Virus record (IMG/VR): IMGVR_UViG_3300029678_000016
DNA from: a virus
DNA: 35,869 bases
Strand: one strand, 5' to 3'
Below, piece by piece: positions 19,035-26,741 of the stretch. Under the pieces are notes generated by a model. It was given only the letters and a program-made list of their open reading frames with translations. It was not told the origin of the DNA and made no database searches. The position numbers and the translations under genes are program-made. How positions within the stretch are numbered: position 1 is the stretch's first letter; each line of letters begins with the position of its first letter.

Positions 19035-19571
19035 ATGGCTAACTTTGCAAACGTGATCAAGAAATTCCGGGACATCTTTAACATCGCTGCTGATGTCAAG
19101 GACTCCGAGATCAACAAGGTCATTAAAGAAGCCGATAAGCTCGACATCAAGCAGGGTCTATGCGGTGATACCTTTATCAAGGTTCCCGCCTCATTTGGCG
19201 GGGGCCTGGATGGCGGAGACATCCCGGATTCGTCTACTTCGGATGATGCCTATTCGCTCACTGTTGACGTGGGTGAGGAGTCTTACGAGATTGTTCCGCT
19301 GTCCACGATCCTGTGTTATTATGCCTTTGCACGATACGTCAAGGATGCTGATCAGAAAAGCACATCCACGGGATTCAAGATTCCCGGATACTCGGCATCG
19401 GTGATTGTTCCGGACAATTCTAAAAGTAGACGATATGAAGCAGAAAAAGGGAAAGCGGACGCATTTTTAGAGGACTTCCACACCGTTTACGAAAAGTACA
19501 AAGAATCTATAAAACCACAGGAAAACGAGTGCTGCAAGCCTCAAAAGTATCGCATATGTTTTATCAACTAA
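19035..19571 (+). CDS. Hypothetical protein (possible head-tail connector)
   Basis: 178 aa, directly after the portal gene. No secure motif. Confidence 0.3.
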   Translation: MANFANVIKKFRDIFNIAADVKDSEINKVIKEADKLDIKQGLCGDTFIKVPASFGGGLDGGDIPDSSTSDDAYSLTVDVGEESYEIVPLSTILCYYAFARYVKDADQKSTSTGFKIPGYSASVIVPDNSKSRRYEAEKGKADAFLEDFHTVYEKYKESIKPQENECCKPQKYRICFIN

Positions 19572-19581
19572 CACATATTGT

Positions 19582-19854
19582 ATGAAAAGAGGAATGAAAG
19601 AAGACCTGCAGATACTTACAGCTATCGGAATGCTGGTTTCGGGAGTTGTACTGTGCTACCTGGGCTTCTTTAGGTCCGATGACGGTTCCATCCATGAGTC
19701 AGTGCTGTGGTACTTTGCGCAATGTCTGATCTGGGCTGGATCGATCTTCGGCATAAGTATCTACGTTCGTGGGAAAATAGAGAGTTACTTCAGAAATTTT
19801 AACATCGATGAGAACCTAAGGAAGGAGACTAAAGATGGTAAACAACAGCAATAA
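19582..19854 (+). CDS. Holin (putative, two transmembrane segments)
   Basis: 90 aa with two hydrophobic helices and a charged C-tail. Overlaps the amidase start. Confidence 0.65.
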   Translation: MKRGMKEDLQILTAIGMLVSGVVLCYLGFFRSDDGSIHESVLWYFAQCLIWAGSIFGISIYVRGKIESYFRNFNIDENLRKETKDGKQQQ

Positions 19855-20341
19855 GCCCGATGCGATCATCATCCATTGTAGTGCTACACGGGAAGGGCAG
19901 GACATCGGAGTTAAAGAGATCGACTCGATGCACAAGCAGCGCGGTTTCAATAAGATCGGGTATCACTACGTTATCCGGCTTGACGGATCGGTCGAAAAAG
20001 GGAGAGAGGAAACCGCCATAGGCGCGCATTGTAACACCAAAGGCTTCAGCCGACAGTCATACAACCGTCATTCCATTGGTATCTGCTACGTAGGCGGGCT
20101 GGACAAGAACGGTAAGACGAAGGACACCCGGACCGACGCTCAGAAAAAGTCTCTGATCGATCTGATTAATGACATCTGCAGCAGGTATCCGATTGTCGAG
20201 TTGTTGGGGCATCGGGATACGTCTCCGGACTTGAATGATAATGGGGAAGTAGAACCAGCAGAGTATATCAAGGCATGCCCCTGCTTCGACGTGAGAAGCG
20301 AATATGGGCTGCTGAAGAAGGACGTAATAATCACACCATGA
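19835..20341 (+). CDS. N-acetylmuramoyl-L-alanine amidase (Amidase_2 / T7-lysozyme type endolysin)
   Basis: Motifs IIIHCSAT, GYHYVI, GAHC, SIGICYVGG, LLGHRD and KACPCF, which include the Zn ligands. Confidence 0.9.
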   Translation: MVNNSNKPDAIIIHCSATREGQDIGVKEIDSMHKQRGFNKIGYHYVIRLDGSVEKGREETAIGAHCNTKGFSRQSYNRHSIGICYVGGLDKNGKTKDTRTDAQKKSLIDLINDICSRYPIVELLGHRDTSPDLNDNGEVEPAEYIKACPCFDVRSEYGLLKKDVIITP

Positions 20342-20907
20342 GAAAGTATCTGATTATCGCATGCCTGCTGCTAGTAATAGCAGTGGGCTTCCTTTTTAAT
20401 AAGGTAAAGAGACAGAAGGTCGAGTTGGACCGTAAACAGAACAACATTGAAGCCTTGAACCTTGAGGCTACGCGATACAGGACGGAAAAAGGACAGTTTG
20501 CTGAGCAGATACGCTCGCTGTCCTTGAAGAAGTCGGAGCTGGAACTGTTCAACTCGGACTTGCAGGAAACCGTGAAGGACCTAAAGATAAAGCTACGGGA
20601 TGTCAAGTCAGCACACACCGTGGAAACCAAACTGGAGATTCGTACTGTTACCAAGACTATTCGGGATACAATTCCCGGTGTCTACCGATTCGAATACTAT
20701 GACGGATGGAACAGAATAGAAGGGAAAGTGTCACCGGATTCTACAGAAATTAACAATTCGTCAGTTGACTCACTAGCTGTAATCAACCATATCAAGCAAA
20801 AACGGTTCCTGTTCTTCCGGATTGGGAAACCTAAGATTCTGACTACCGTAACCAATAGAAATCCTAAAAACAGCATTCACGTGACATTTTCAGCCAATTT
20901 TGACTGA
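20338..20907 (+). CDS. Membrane-anchored coiled-coil protein (spanin-like lysis accessory)
   Basis: The ATGA overlap with the amidase stop favours the ATG at 20338 over the ORF-track start at 20275. It has an N-terminal TM segment (YLIIACLLLVIAVGFLF) followed by a coiled coil. Confidence 0.45.
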   Translation: MRKYLIIACLLLVIAVGFLFNKVKRQKVELDRKQNNIEALNLEATRYRTEKGQFAEQIRSLSLKKSELELFNSDLQETVKDLKIKLRDVKSAHTVETKLEIRTVTKTIRDTIPGVYRFEYYDGWNRIEGKVSPDSTEINNSSVDSLAVINHIKQKRFLFFRIGKPKILTTVTNRNPKNSIHVTFSANFD

Positions 20908-20939
20908 TTTGTAACATAAACGCACAATTTTCTACACAT

Positions 20940-21246
20940 ATCTATGCAACATAAATCGCTGCAAATCAGTCTGATGCGAGAGCTGCATAGATGTGCATTG
21001 ATAATATTTTTCGCATCTATGCAGGATAACCTACTGATTTATAGATACTTGCATTAATGCATTGATAAAATGAAGTACTATTAAATATTTGAAAACAGGT
21101 ATATTGTAATTATATATTATCGCACACCCCGTATTTACGTATATTATAGAAAAAAATGCGATTTTATCAATGCATCAATGCATCGGTCTGATTTGCAGTG
21201 AGTTACACAGCATAGATGCCGATTTTCATCTATGCACATCAATGCA
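20940..21246. promoter_or_regulatory. Hub 2 iteron array (same 9-mer family as hub 1)
   Basis: Forward copies at 20940-20948, 21015-21023, 21166-21174, 21174-21182, 21228-21236 and 21238-21246. Reverse copies at 20984-20992, 20994-21002 and 21058-21066, plus a degenerate one at 21050-21058. A palindrome gcatagatg / catctatgc lies at 21210-21218 / 21227-21235. The AT-rich spacer is at about 21067-21165. Confidence 0.8.
20956..21093. repeat. Hub repeat copy B (138 bp)
   Basis: Matches 35771-35869 plus 73-111 with 2 mismatches. Carries the same 11-bp inverted repeat at 20983-20993 / 21014-21024. Confidence 0.95.
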
Positions 21247-21344
21247 CGTCATCTCGTACCACCTGATTATCAGTGAGTTACAGTGAATTGATAGGTTTTC
21301 CATGCTAATAAACGTTAAATACTGAAATTATTTTGTGCAGATTG

Positions 21345-21373
21345 TTGCAAATTAAAAAAAATCCGTACCTTTG
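21345..21373 (+). promoter_or_regulatory. Bacteroidota-type promoter for the early/replication arm
   Basis: TAccTTTG at 21366-21373, with TTG at 21345-21347 upstream. It is followed by a 124-nt leader containing a 7-bp hairpin (21405-21411 / 21420-21426). Confidence 0.55.
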
Positions 21374-21497
21374 TCAGCGTAATCGTAAACCGATAATCAG
21401 ACGTTCAGCCACCTACGATTGGCTGAGGAAATAAGTGTGGTGAACAAAGGACCACTACGGAGATAGACGGACTCGCTGAATTTAAAAACCGAAAGCA

Positions 21498-21998
21498 ATG
21501 GAGAAAAAAGTGAATCTATGTGCGCTCGAAAAGTTTTATTATGATGCTGTAACGGAAGGCATAGCACGCTGCAAGACAGCCATCGAAGCATTTAATAAAT
21601 TTTCGTCCCCATTGCGCCTTACCGTGAAGGAGGTATTTGCAAGGCATATGGTGCTGGAGTTTTTCGGAGAAGAGTTTGAATACCCGATAAAAGACTTCAT
21701 AGTAAAGAATGCCGACCTGTACCATCCTATCTACGAAAGGGCTAGGGAAATAGCGTATGTAGATTTTTTAAGGAGTTATCGAAAACCAAAAAAGTTAATT
21801 GAATTTATGGAGAATCAAGAAAAGAAGTTAGAACTGATCACGGTCAGCGAAGCTGCCCGTATCTTGGACCTTACCGAGAACGCTGTACGGTACAGAGTAA
21901 AACAGGGCTATCTCAATCAATACCGTAACATGAACGGTGCGTTGAGACTCAGCAAAGCGGAAATTACAGAAAAATATTTAACATTTAAAAAACAGTAA
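21498..21998 (+). CDS. DNA-binding protein with a C-terminal excisionase/MerR-like HTH
   Basis: LITVSEAARILDLTENAVRYRVKQGYL is a typical HTH_17-like helix-turn-helix. It is the first gene of arm B. Confidence 0.6.
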   Translation: MEKKVNLCALEKFYYDAVTEGIARCKTAIEAFNKFSSPLRLTVKEVFARHMVLEFFGEEFEYPIKDFIVKNADLYHPIYERAREIAYVDFLRSYRKPKKLIEFMENQEKKLELITVSEAARILDLTENAVRYRVKQGYLNQYRNMNGALRLSKAEITEKYLTFKKQ

Positions 21999-22000
21999 TC

Positions 22001-22744
22001 ATGAAAGTAGAAATCAGTATTGACAGAGAAACAAAAGTGTATGAATTGCAAACCATCGCTGAATTCGCGGCTAACCTGGCGATCCGCAAATCACGTGAAG
22101 AAGAAGGACAACCTGCTGCCGCTCCCGCACCTGCTATGAAACCGAATATCTCAGAAGACAAGAAGAAGTTCGAGGAATTGACCAAAGACATCCCTGGTGT
22201 GAAATCCGAGGAAACCGTAATCGACTCGTCCAGCGAGGCGAACAATGTCGAAGTCATCATTGATGACAAGTCAGCAGTAGAGGAAGTGTTTGACGGAAAC
22301 CAAGAAGCCAAGAAAGCCATCGCTGAGATGTCCGAGAAAGAACTCGCTGCCATGCCTACAGAAAAACTGGTTAAACTCCTTGTCGTAACATACAACGTAG
22401 ACCCGTCCGATTATCCGGGAAAGAATACGAACGCTAAGTTGCGTCGCCTCTTGATGAGCGCAGCTAAGGGAAACCTGGAAGCTCCTGCTCAAGAACCTTA
22501 TGAACAGACCGTAGGGGAAACCAAGGCAGAAGTAGACGAGGAAATGCCGTTCGACAAGGAAATCGCTGAGGAACCGGAAGAAAAGGTTGTCACAATCAAC
22601 ATGTGCCGGGACGAAGCCCGCATCAAGATCAAGAAGGACCGTGAGGCTGTTCTAAGGGTATTCAAGTCTTGCGGATGCTCGACATTCGCTACTCTGAGAG
22701 AAGCAGATTACGCCAAGTTCTACGAAGCCGTAAAAGCCATCTAA
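22001..22744 (+). CDS. Hypothetical acidic protein
   Basis: 247 aa, strongly Glu/Asp-rich. No motif recognised. Confidence 0.4.
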   Translation: MKVEISIDRETKVYELQTIAEFAANLAIRKSREEEGQPAAAPAPAMKPNISEDKKKFEELTKDIPGVKSEETVIDSSSEANNVEVIIDDKSAVEEVFDGNQEAKKAIAEMSEKELAAMPTEKLVKLLVVTYNVDPSDYPGKNTNAKLRRLLMSAAKGNLEAPAQEPYEQTVGETKAEVDEEMPFDKEIAEEPEEKVVTINMCRDEARIKIKKDREAVLRVFKSCGCSTFATLREADYAKFYEAVKAI

Positions 22745-22745
22745 C

Positions 22746-23912
22746 ATGGCGGAAATAAATCATTCAGAAAGGGGACACGCGCTGCTGTCCCCGTCTTCTT
22801 CAGAACGCTGGATGAACTGCACACCGTCTGCCCGGTTAGCCGAGTCGGCAGAAAACAAGTCATCAGAATTCGCGAAAGAAGGGGAATTAGCCCACGAGCT
22901 GGCGCAGCATCTGCTTGAGCTTTGGGACCACGGTCTGTACGACCCCCTGTTTGACGATAAGATGTTACTGCCGGAAACTATATCCTCTTCCAAATACTTC
23001 AGCGAGGAGATGGTGAAAAACGTGAACAGGTACTTGGAGTTCGTCATAAACGAGTTTCATGAGATCAATAAGACTGACGGGAAGGTGGTTCCATATTGGG
23101 AGACTCACGTAAACCTGGATAAGTACGTCAAGGAGTCATTCGGAAGCTGCGATGCAGCTCTTGTAGGAACGAAGACACTCCATATAATCGATCTGAAATA
23201 CGGTGCCGGTATCAAGGTGTCTGCGCAGCGCAATCCGCAGATCATGATGTATGCCCTAGGAGAGCTGCAGACTTGGGACAAGATAGAGACAGTCAAGATG
23301 TCCATTGTGCAGCCGAGACTCGACCATTACGACACTTTCGAGATGTCCGCCAATGACTTGCGCGTTTGGGGAGAGAAAGTCTTAAAACCGAAGGCAGAAG
23401 CAGCATGGGAAGGCAGAGGCGAGCAGAAGATAGGTGGGTGGTGTCAGTTCTGCCCTGTCAGACCGCGATGCCGGGCGCATTTCGAAGCAATCAAGGACGA
23501 CTTTGATGAGGAATGCGAACCGTTGCTCATGACCGAGGAGGAAATCGTCGAGATGATCGGCAAGATAGACAGTTACCGTAGCTGGATCAATTCGTTCGAT
23601 CAGTTCGTCTACCGAGAGGCTATGAAAGGCCAGAGATGGGCTGGATACAAGCTGGTGGAAGGACGGTCCTCCCGGAAGATCACTGACCCCGATAAGGTCC
23701 GTAACGAACTGCTTGACGAATTCCTTGAAGACGAGATCATGAACATCAGTCTGAAGGGGATAACCGATCTTGAGAAACTGTTAGGCAAGAAGATTTTTGC
23801 CGCCCGTTTCGGCAAGTACGTTAAAAGTCAGCCCGGTGCGCCTAAACTCGTACCGGAAAATCACCCCGGAACTGAGTATAACTCATTATCCGACTTTGAT
23901 GTAGAAAGCTAA
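22746..23912 (+). CDS. PD-(D/E)XK nuclease with Cas4-like Cys cluster (DUF2800-like)
   Basis: LLSPSSSERWMNC near the N-terminus, IIDLKYGAGIKV (D-x-K), QIMMYALG, and the CQFCPVRPRC cysteine cluster. Confidence 0.8.
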   Translation: MAEINHSERGHALLSPSSSERWMNCTPSARLAESAENKSSEFAKEGELAHELAQHLLELWDHGLYDPLFDDKMLLPETISSSKYFSEEMVKNVNRYLEFVINEFHEINKTDGKVVPYWETHVNLDKYVKESFGSCDAALVGTKTLHIIDLKYGAGIKVSAQRNPQIMMYALGELQTWDKIETVKMSIVQPRLDHYDTFEMSANDLRVWGEKVLKPKAEAAWEGRGEQKIGGWCQFCPVRPRCRAHFEAIKDDFDEECEPLLMTEEEIVEMIGKIDSYRSWINSFDQFVYREAMKGQRWAGYKLVEGRSSRKITDPDKVRNELLDEFLEDEIMNISLKGITDLEKLLGKKIFAARFGKYVKSQPGAPKLVPENHPGTEYNSLSDFDVES

Positions 23913-23918
23913 TAAAAG

Positions 23919-23993
23919 TTAATAGTTTATTCAAAATTTGGCAAATCAGAACGGACGTTATACCTTTGAGTCATCAAAGTTAAACAAGTAGTA
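23919..23993 (+). promoter_or_regulatory. Conserved promoter-plus-leader cassette, copy 1
   Basis: TTTG at 23937-23940 and TAccTTTG at 23961-23968 with a 20-nt spacer, followed by the conserved CATCAAAGTTAAACAAGTAGTA. Near-identical cassettes lie at 29322 and 33129. Confidence 0.75.
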
Positions 23994-24016
23994 TTAACGA
24001 CTTAAAAACAAGAATC

Positions 24017-24607
24017 ATGGGAAAGAAACTAATCCTAAAAAATGTAAGATTCTCATTCGTGAGAGTATTTGAAGCGGAAGACCGTTTCAACCAAGGCAAA
24101 TCAAAGTACGAAGTAACTATCTTAATCCCGAAGACTGATAAGGAAACTATCAAGAAAGTTGTCGCAGCCATCAAGGAGTTGCAGAAGGAGTATCTTATGG
24201 AACATCCGAAATACAACGGCAAGTTACCGGGAGACCCGTCAAAATGGAATCCTATCAAAGACGGTGACGACAATATCGAATATGACGGATTCGAAGGAAT
24301 GTACTACATCCGTGCATCCCGTAATGAATCTCAGGGTCGTCCGGTTATCATCGACAGGCACAAGCGGCCGATCACGCAGAAAGAGGACTTTTATTCAGGA
24401 TGCTGGGGAGTTGTTTCGATAGATGCCTACTCATTCGATCAGATAGCCAACAAGGGTATCACATTCGGATTGAATGGTGTTCAGAAAGTCAGAGACGACG
24501 AAGCCTTCGGAGGCGGAGGATCGGCTATCAATGACTTCGAAGAAGAGGATGACGATACGGACAATGATCCGATCTTCGATGAACCGGACGATTTACCATC
24601 CAGATAA
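24017..24607 (+). CDS. Single-stranded DNA-binding protein (DUF2815-like)
   Basis: N-terminus ILKNVRFSFVRVFEAE and an acidic C-tail EEEDDDTDNDPIFDEPDDLP. It sits between the DUF2800-like nuclease and the polymerase, as in known replication modules. Confidence 0.7.
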   Translation: MGKKLILKNVRFSFVRVFEAEDRFNQGKSKYEVTILIPKTDKETIKKVVAAIKELQKEYLMEHPKYNGKLPGDPSKWNPIKDGDDNIEYDGFEGMYYIRASRNESQGRPVIIDRHKRPITQKEDFYSGCWGVVSIDAYSFDQIANKGITFGLNGVQKVRDDEAFGGGGSAINDFEEEDDDTDNDPIFDEPDDLPSR

Positions 24608-24699
24608 CAAAGAAAAACTTTTAATTTATAACTTAAATTTTTATTCATTTATTATTAACCGAATTTTATTATTTAACTAAGTAATTGGGTGCAAATGTG

Positions 24700-24736
24700 A
24701 ATAGCGGATGGGGTAGAAGACATCCGCTATTATTTT
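24700..24736 (+). terminator. Intrinsic terminator/attenuator between the SSB and polymerase genes
   Basis: Perfect 11-bp stem aatagcggatg (24700-24710) / catccgctatt (24721-24731) with a 10-nt loop, then ATTTT. It lies 18 nt before the polymerase ATG. Confidence 0.7.
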
Positions 24737-24754
24737 AAAAAGAGAGGACAACAT

Positions 24755-26740
24755 ATGAGAAATGTTTACATAGACTTCGAAACCTATTCCCCCGAACCAA
24801 TCAAGACAGCCGGAGCGTACAGGTACACGGAGCATCCCGATTTCGAAATCCTGCTGATCGGATATGCCGTAGAAGACGGGGAACCGAAGATAATAGACCT
24901 GGTCAACCTAGACGACCCGCAGCCGTTCTTTTCCCTTATCCAGCAGCCGGACGTTCTGATCCATGCCCACAATGCCGCCTTCGAACGATTGTGCCTTCGT
25001 GCCTACGGATATAACATCCCCGCTACCAAGTTCCGCTGCTCTGCTACGAAAGCCCTGTACTGCGGATTCCCCGAATCACTAGGAAAGGTATCAGCAGCCA
25101 TGCATCTGGTAGACGGAAAGCTGGACACAGGCAGCGCATTGATAAAGATATTCTCCGTTCCGCAGAAGGACGGATCACGTATCTATCCGGAAAAATATCC
25201 GCAGAAATGGGAAGAGTTCAAGACCTACCTCAGATACGACGTATTGTCTGAGCGTGAGATCGACCGCAAGCTGGCGCATATCAAGATGCCGGAATCGGAG
25301 ATCGAACTGTACGGGATCGACCAGGACATCAATGACCGCGGGACAATGGTGGATGTCCAGCTAGCCCGGAATGCCGATGCCATCTATACGGAATACTTGA
25401 AGAGGCTGAACGAGAAGATCAAGGCTAAGTACGATATCACGTCACTTAAGTCAAGCAAGCAGATCAGCGCCTTCATCGAAGAGCGTAGCGGGAAGTTCTA
25501 CGAAACGATCAACAAAAACAACATCAATCAGATCATGGAGGAATGCAATGACAAGGACGTTACCCGTGTTCTGACAGCCCGCAAAATCGCCTACAAAACG
25601 TCTATCGCGAAGTATGCTGCCATGCTGAACTGCCTGTGCAAGGACGGATCAGCAAAAGGTCTGTACCGCTTCTACGGAGCTAACCGGACAGGCAGATGGG
25701 CTGGACGCATCGTCCAGCAGCAGAACCTTCCTCAGAACCACCTGGAAGAACTTGAGAGAGTTCGAGAGGACGTGAAGAATATGGACCTTGACGAACTGAT
25801 GATGTTCTACGATAACGTCCCGTCTATCCTGTCACAACTGATCCGTACGGCATTCATCGCCCGTGACAGCTATATCTTCCGGGTAGCCGACTTCTCCGCC
25901 ATCGAAGCCCGTGTGATCGCGGTGCTTGCGAACGAAACGTGGCGAATCGAAACATTCCGGAGAGGCGGTGACATCTACGTAACATCTGCTGCCCGTACCT
26001 TCAACATGAAGGAATCGGAATGTGGAAAAGGGACCCCCTACCGTCAGCAAGGAAAGGTTACAGAGCTAGCTCTAGGCTATGGCGGTTGGGTCGGAGCGAT
26101 CAAGACGATGGACCGCGACGGAGCTATCCCGGAAGAGAATATTAAAAACATCATCTTCAGATGGCGCGATGCTTCGCCGAAAATTGTATCTTTGTGGCGC
26201 ATCTTAGAGGACTCGGCTAAAAGGGCGATCTTGGCGAAGCGGGATGTACCCGTCGATATTGATGGTAAAATTATCTGTCATTTCTATTGGATACCGCAAT
26301 ACCGGACGCTCGCATTGCGCTTGCCATCGGGACGATCCCTGCACTACCCATATGCTTCGATTAAGAAGAAAACGATCCGCTACGACAACGGTGACAGCAA
26401 GGAGATCGAATCAATCCATTATATGGGTCTTGACCAAACGTCCGGGAAGTGGGTGGAACTGGATACATATGGAGGAAAGCTGACCGAAAACCTGGTACAG
26501 GCTGTATCCCGTGACCTGCTGGCAAGCGCAATGAGAAACGTCTTGAGCATCAGCGATGATGGAGAAGTGGGAATCGTAGGTCACATCCATGACGAACTGA
26601 TCACCGAATGCCTGGAGGACTCAGATATAACGCTGGATGATGTCTGCATAGCCATGTCCATATTACCGGATTGGGCAAAGCCGTTCGACATACCTCTAAG
26701 AGCAGAAGGATTTAACAGTTACTTTTATAAAAAAGATTAA
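24755..26740 (+). CDS. Family A DNA polymerase with 3'-5' exonuclease domain
   Basis: Exo motifs IDFETYS, HNAAFERLCL and YLRYDVL. Pol motif A is DFSAIEARV, motif B is RQQGKVTELALGYGG, and motif C is HIHDEL. Confidence 0.93.
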   Translation: MRNVYIDFETYSPEPIKTAGAYRYTEHPDFEILLIGYAVEDGEPKIIDLVNLDDPQPFFSLIQQPDVLIHAHNAAFERLCLRAYGYNIPATKFRCSATKALYCGFPESLGKVSAAMHLVDGKLDTGSALIKIFSVPQKDGSRIYPEKYPQKWEEFKTYLRYDVLSEREIDRKLAHIKMPESEIELYGIDQDINDRGTMVDVQLARNADAIYTEYLKRLNEKIKAKYDITSLKSSKQISAFIEERSGKFYETINKNNINQIMEECNDKDVTRVLTARKIAYKTSIAKYAAMLNCLCKDGSAKGLYRFYGANRTGRWAGRIVQQQNLPQNHLEELERVREDVKNMDLDELMMFYDNVPSILSQLIRTAFIARDSYIFRVADFSAIEARVIAVLANETWRIETFRRGGDIYVTSAARTFNMKESECGKGTPYRQQGKVTELALGYGGWVGAIKTMDRDGAIPEENIKNIIFRWRDASPKIVSLWRILEDSAKRAILAKRDVPVDIDGKIICHFYWIPQYRTLALRLPSGRSLHYPYASIKKKTIRYDNGDSKEIESIHYMGLDQTSGKWVELDTYGGKLTENLVQAVSRDLLASAMRNVLSISDDGEVGIVGHIHDELITECLEDSDITLDDVCIAMSILPDWAKPFDIPLRAEGFNSYFYKKD

Positions 26741-26741
26741 T

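Noticed and set aside
20275-20337. Upstream extension of the spanin-like ORF (track start 20275)
   Set aside because: The extension lies wholly inside the amidase gene. The ATG at 20338 forms an ATGA overlap with the amidase stop and yields a protein that starts with a normal membrane anchor.
21405-21426. Hairpin in the early leader read as a terminator or riboswitch
   Set aside because: The stem is only 7 bp, there is no U-tract, and I recognise no conserved riboswitch core. I kept it only as a note under the hub 2 promoter feature.
21397-21591. Minus-strand 64-aa ORF across the early leader and the start of the HTH gene
   Set aside because: It would be the only minus-strand gene. It overlaps the + strand start and leader hairpin, and no promoter is visible on that strand.
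24474-24680. 68-aa ORF running from the SSB 3' end into the AT-rich intergenic tract
   Set aside because: It is out of frame with the SSB gene and its tail is translated from a low-complexity A/T tract. There is no start context like the other small genes.
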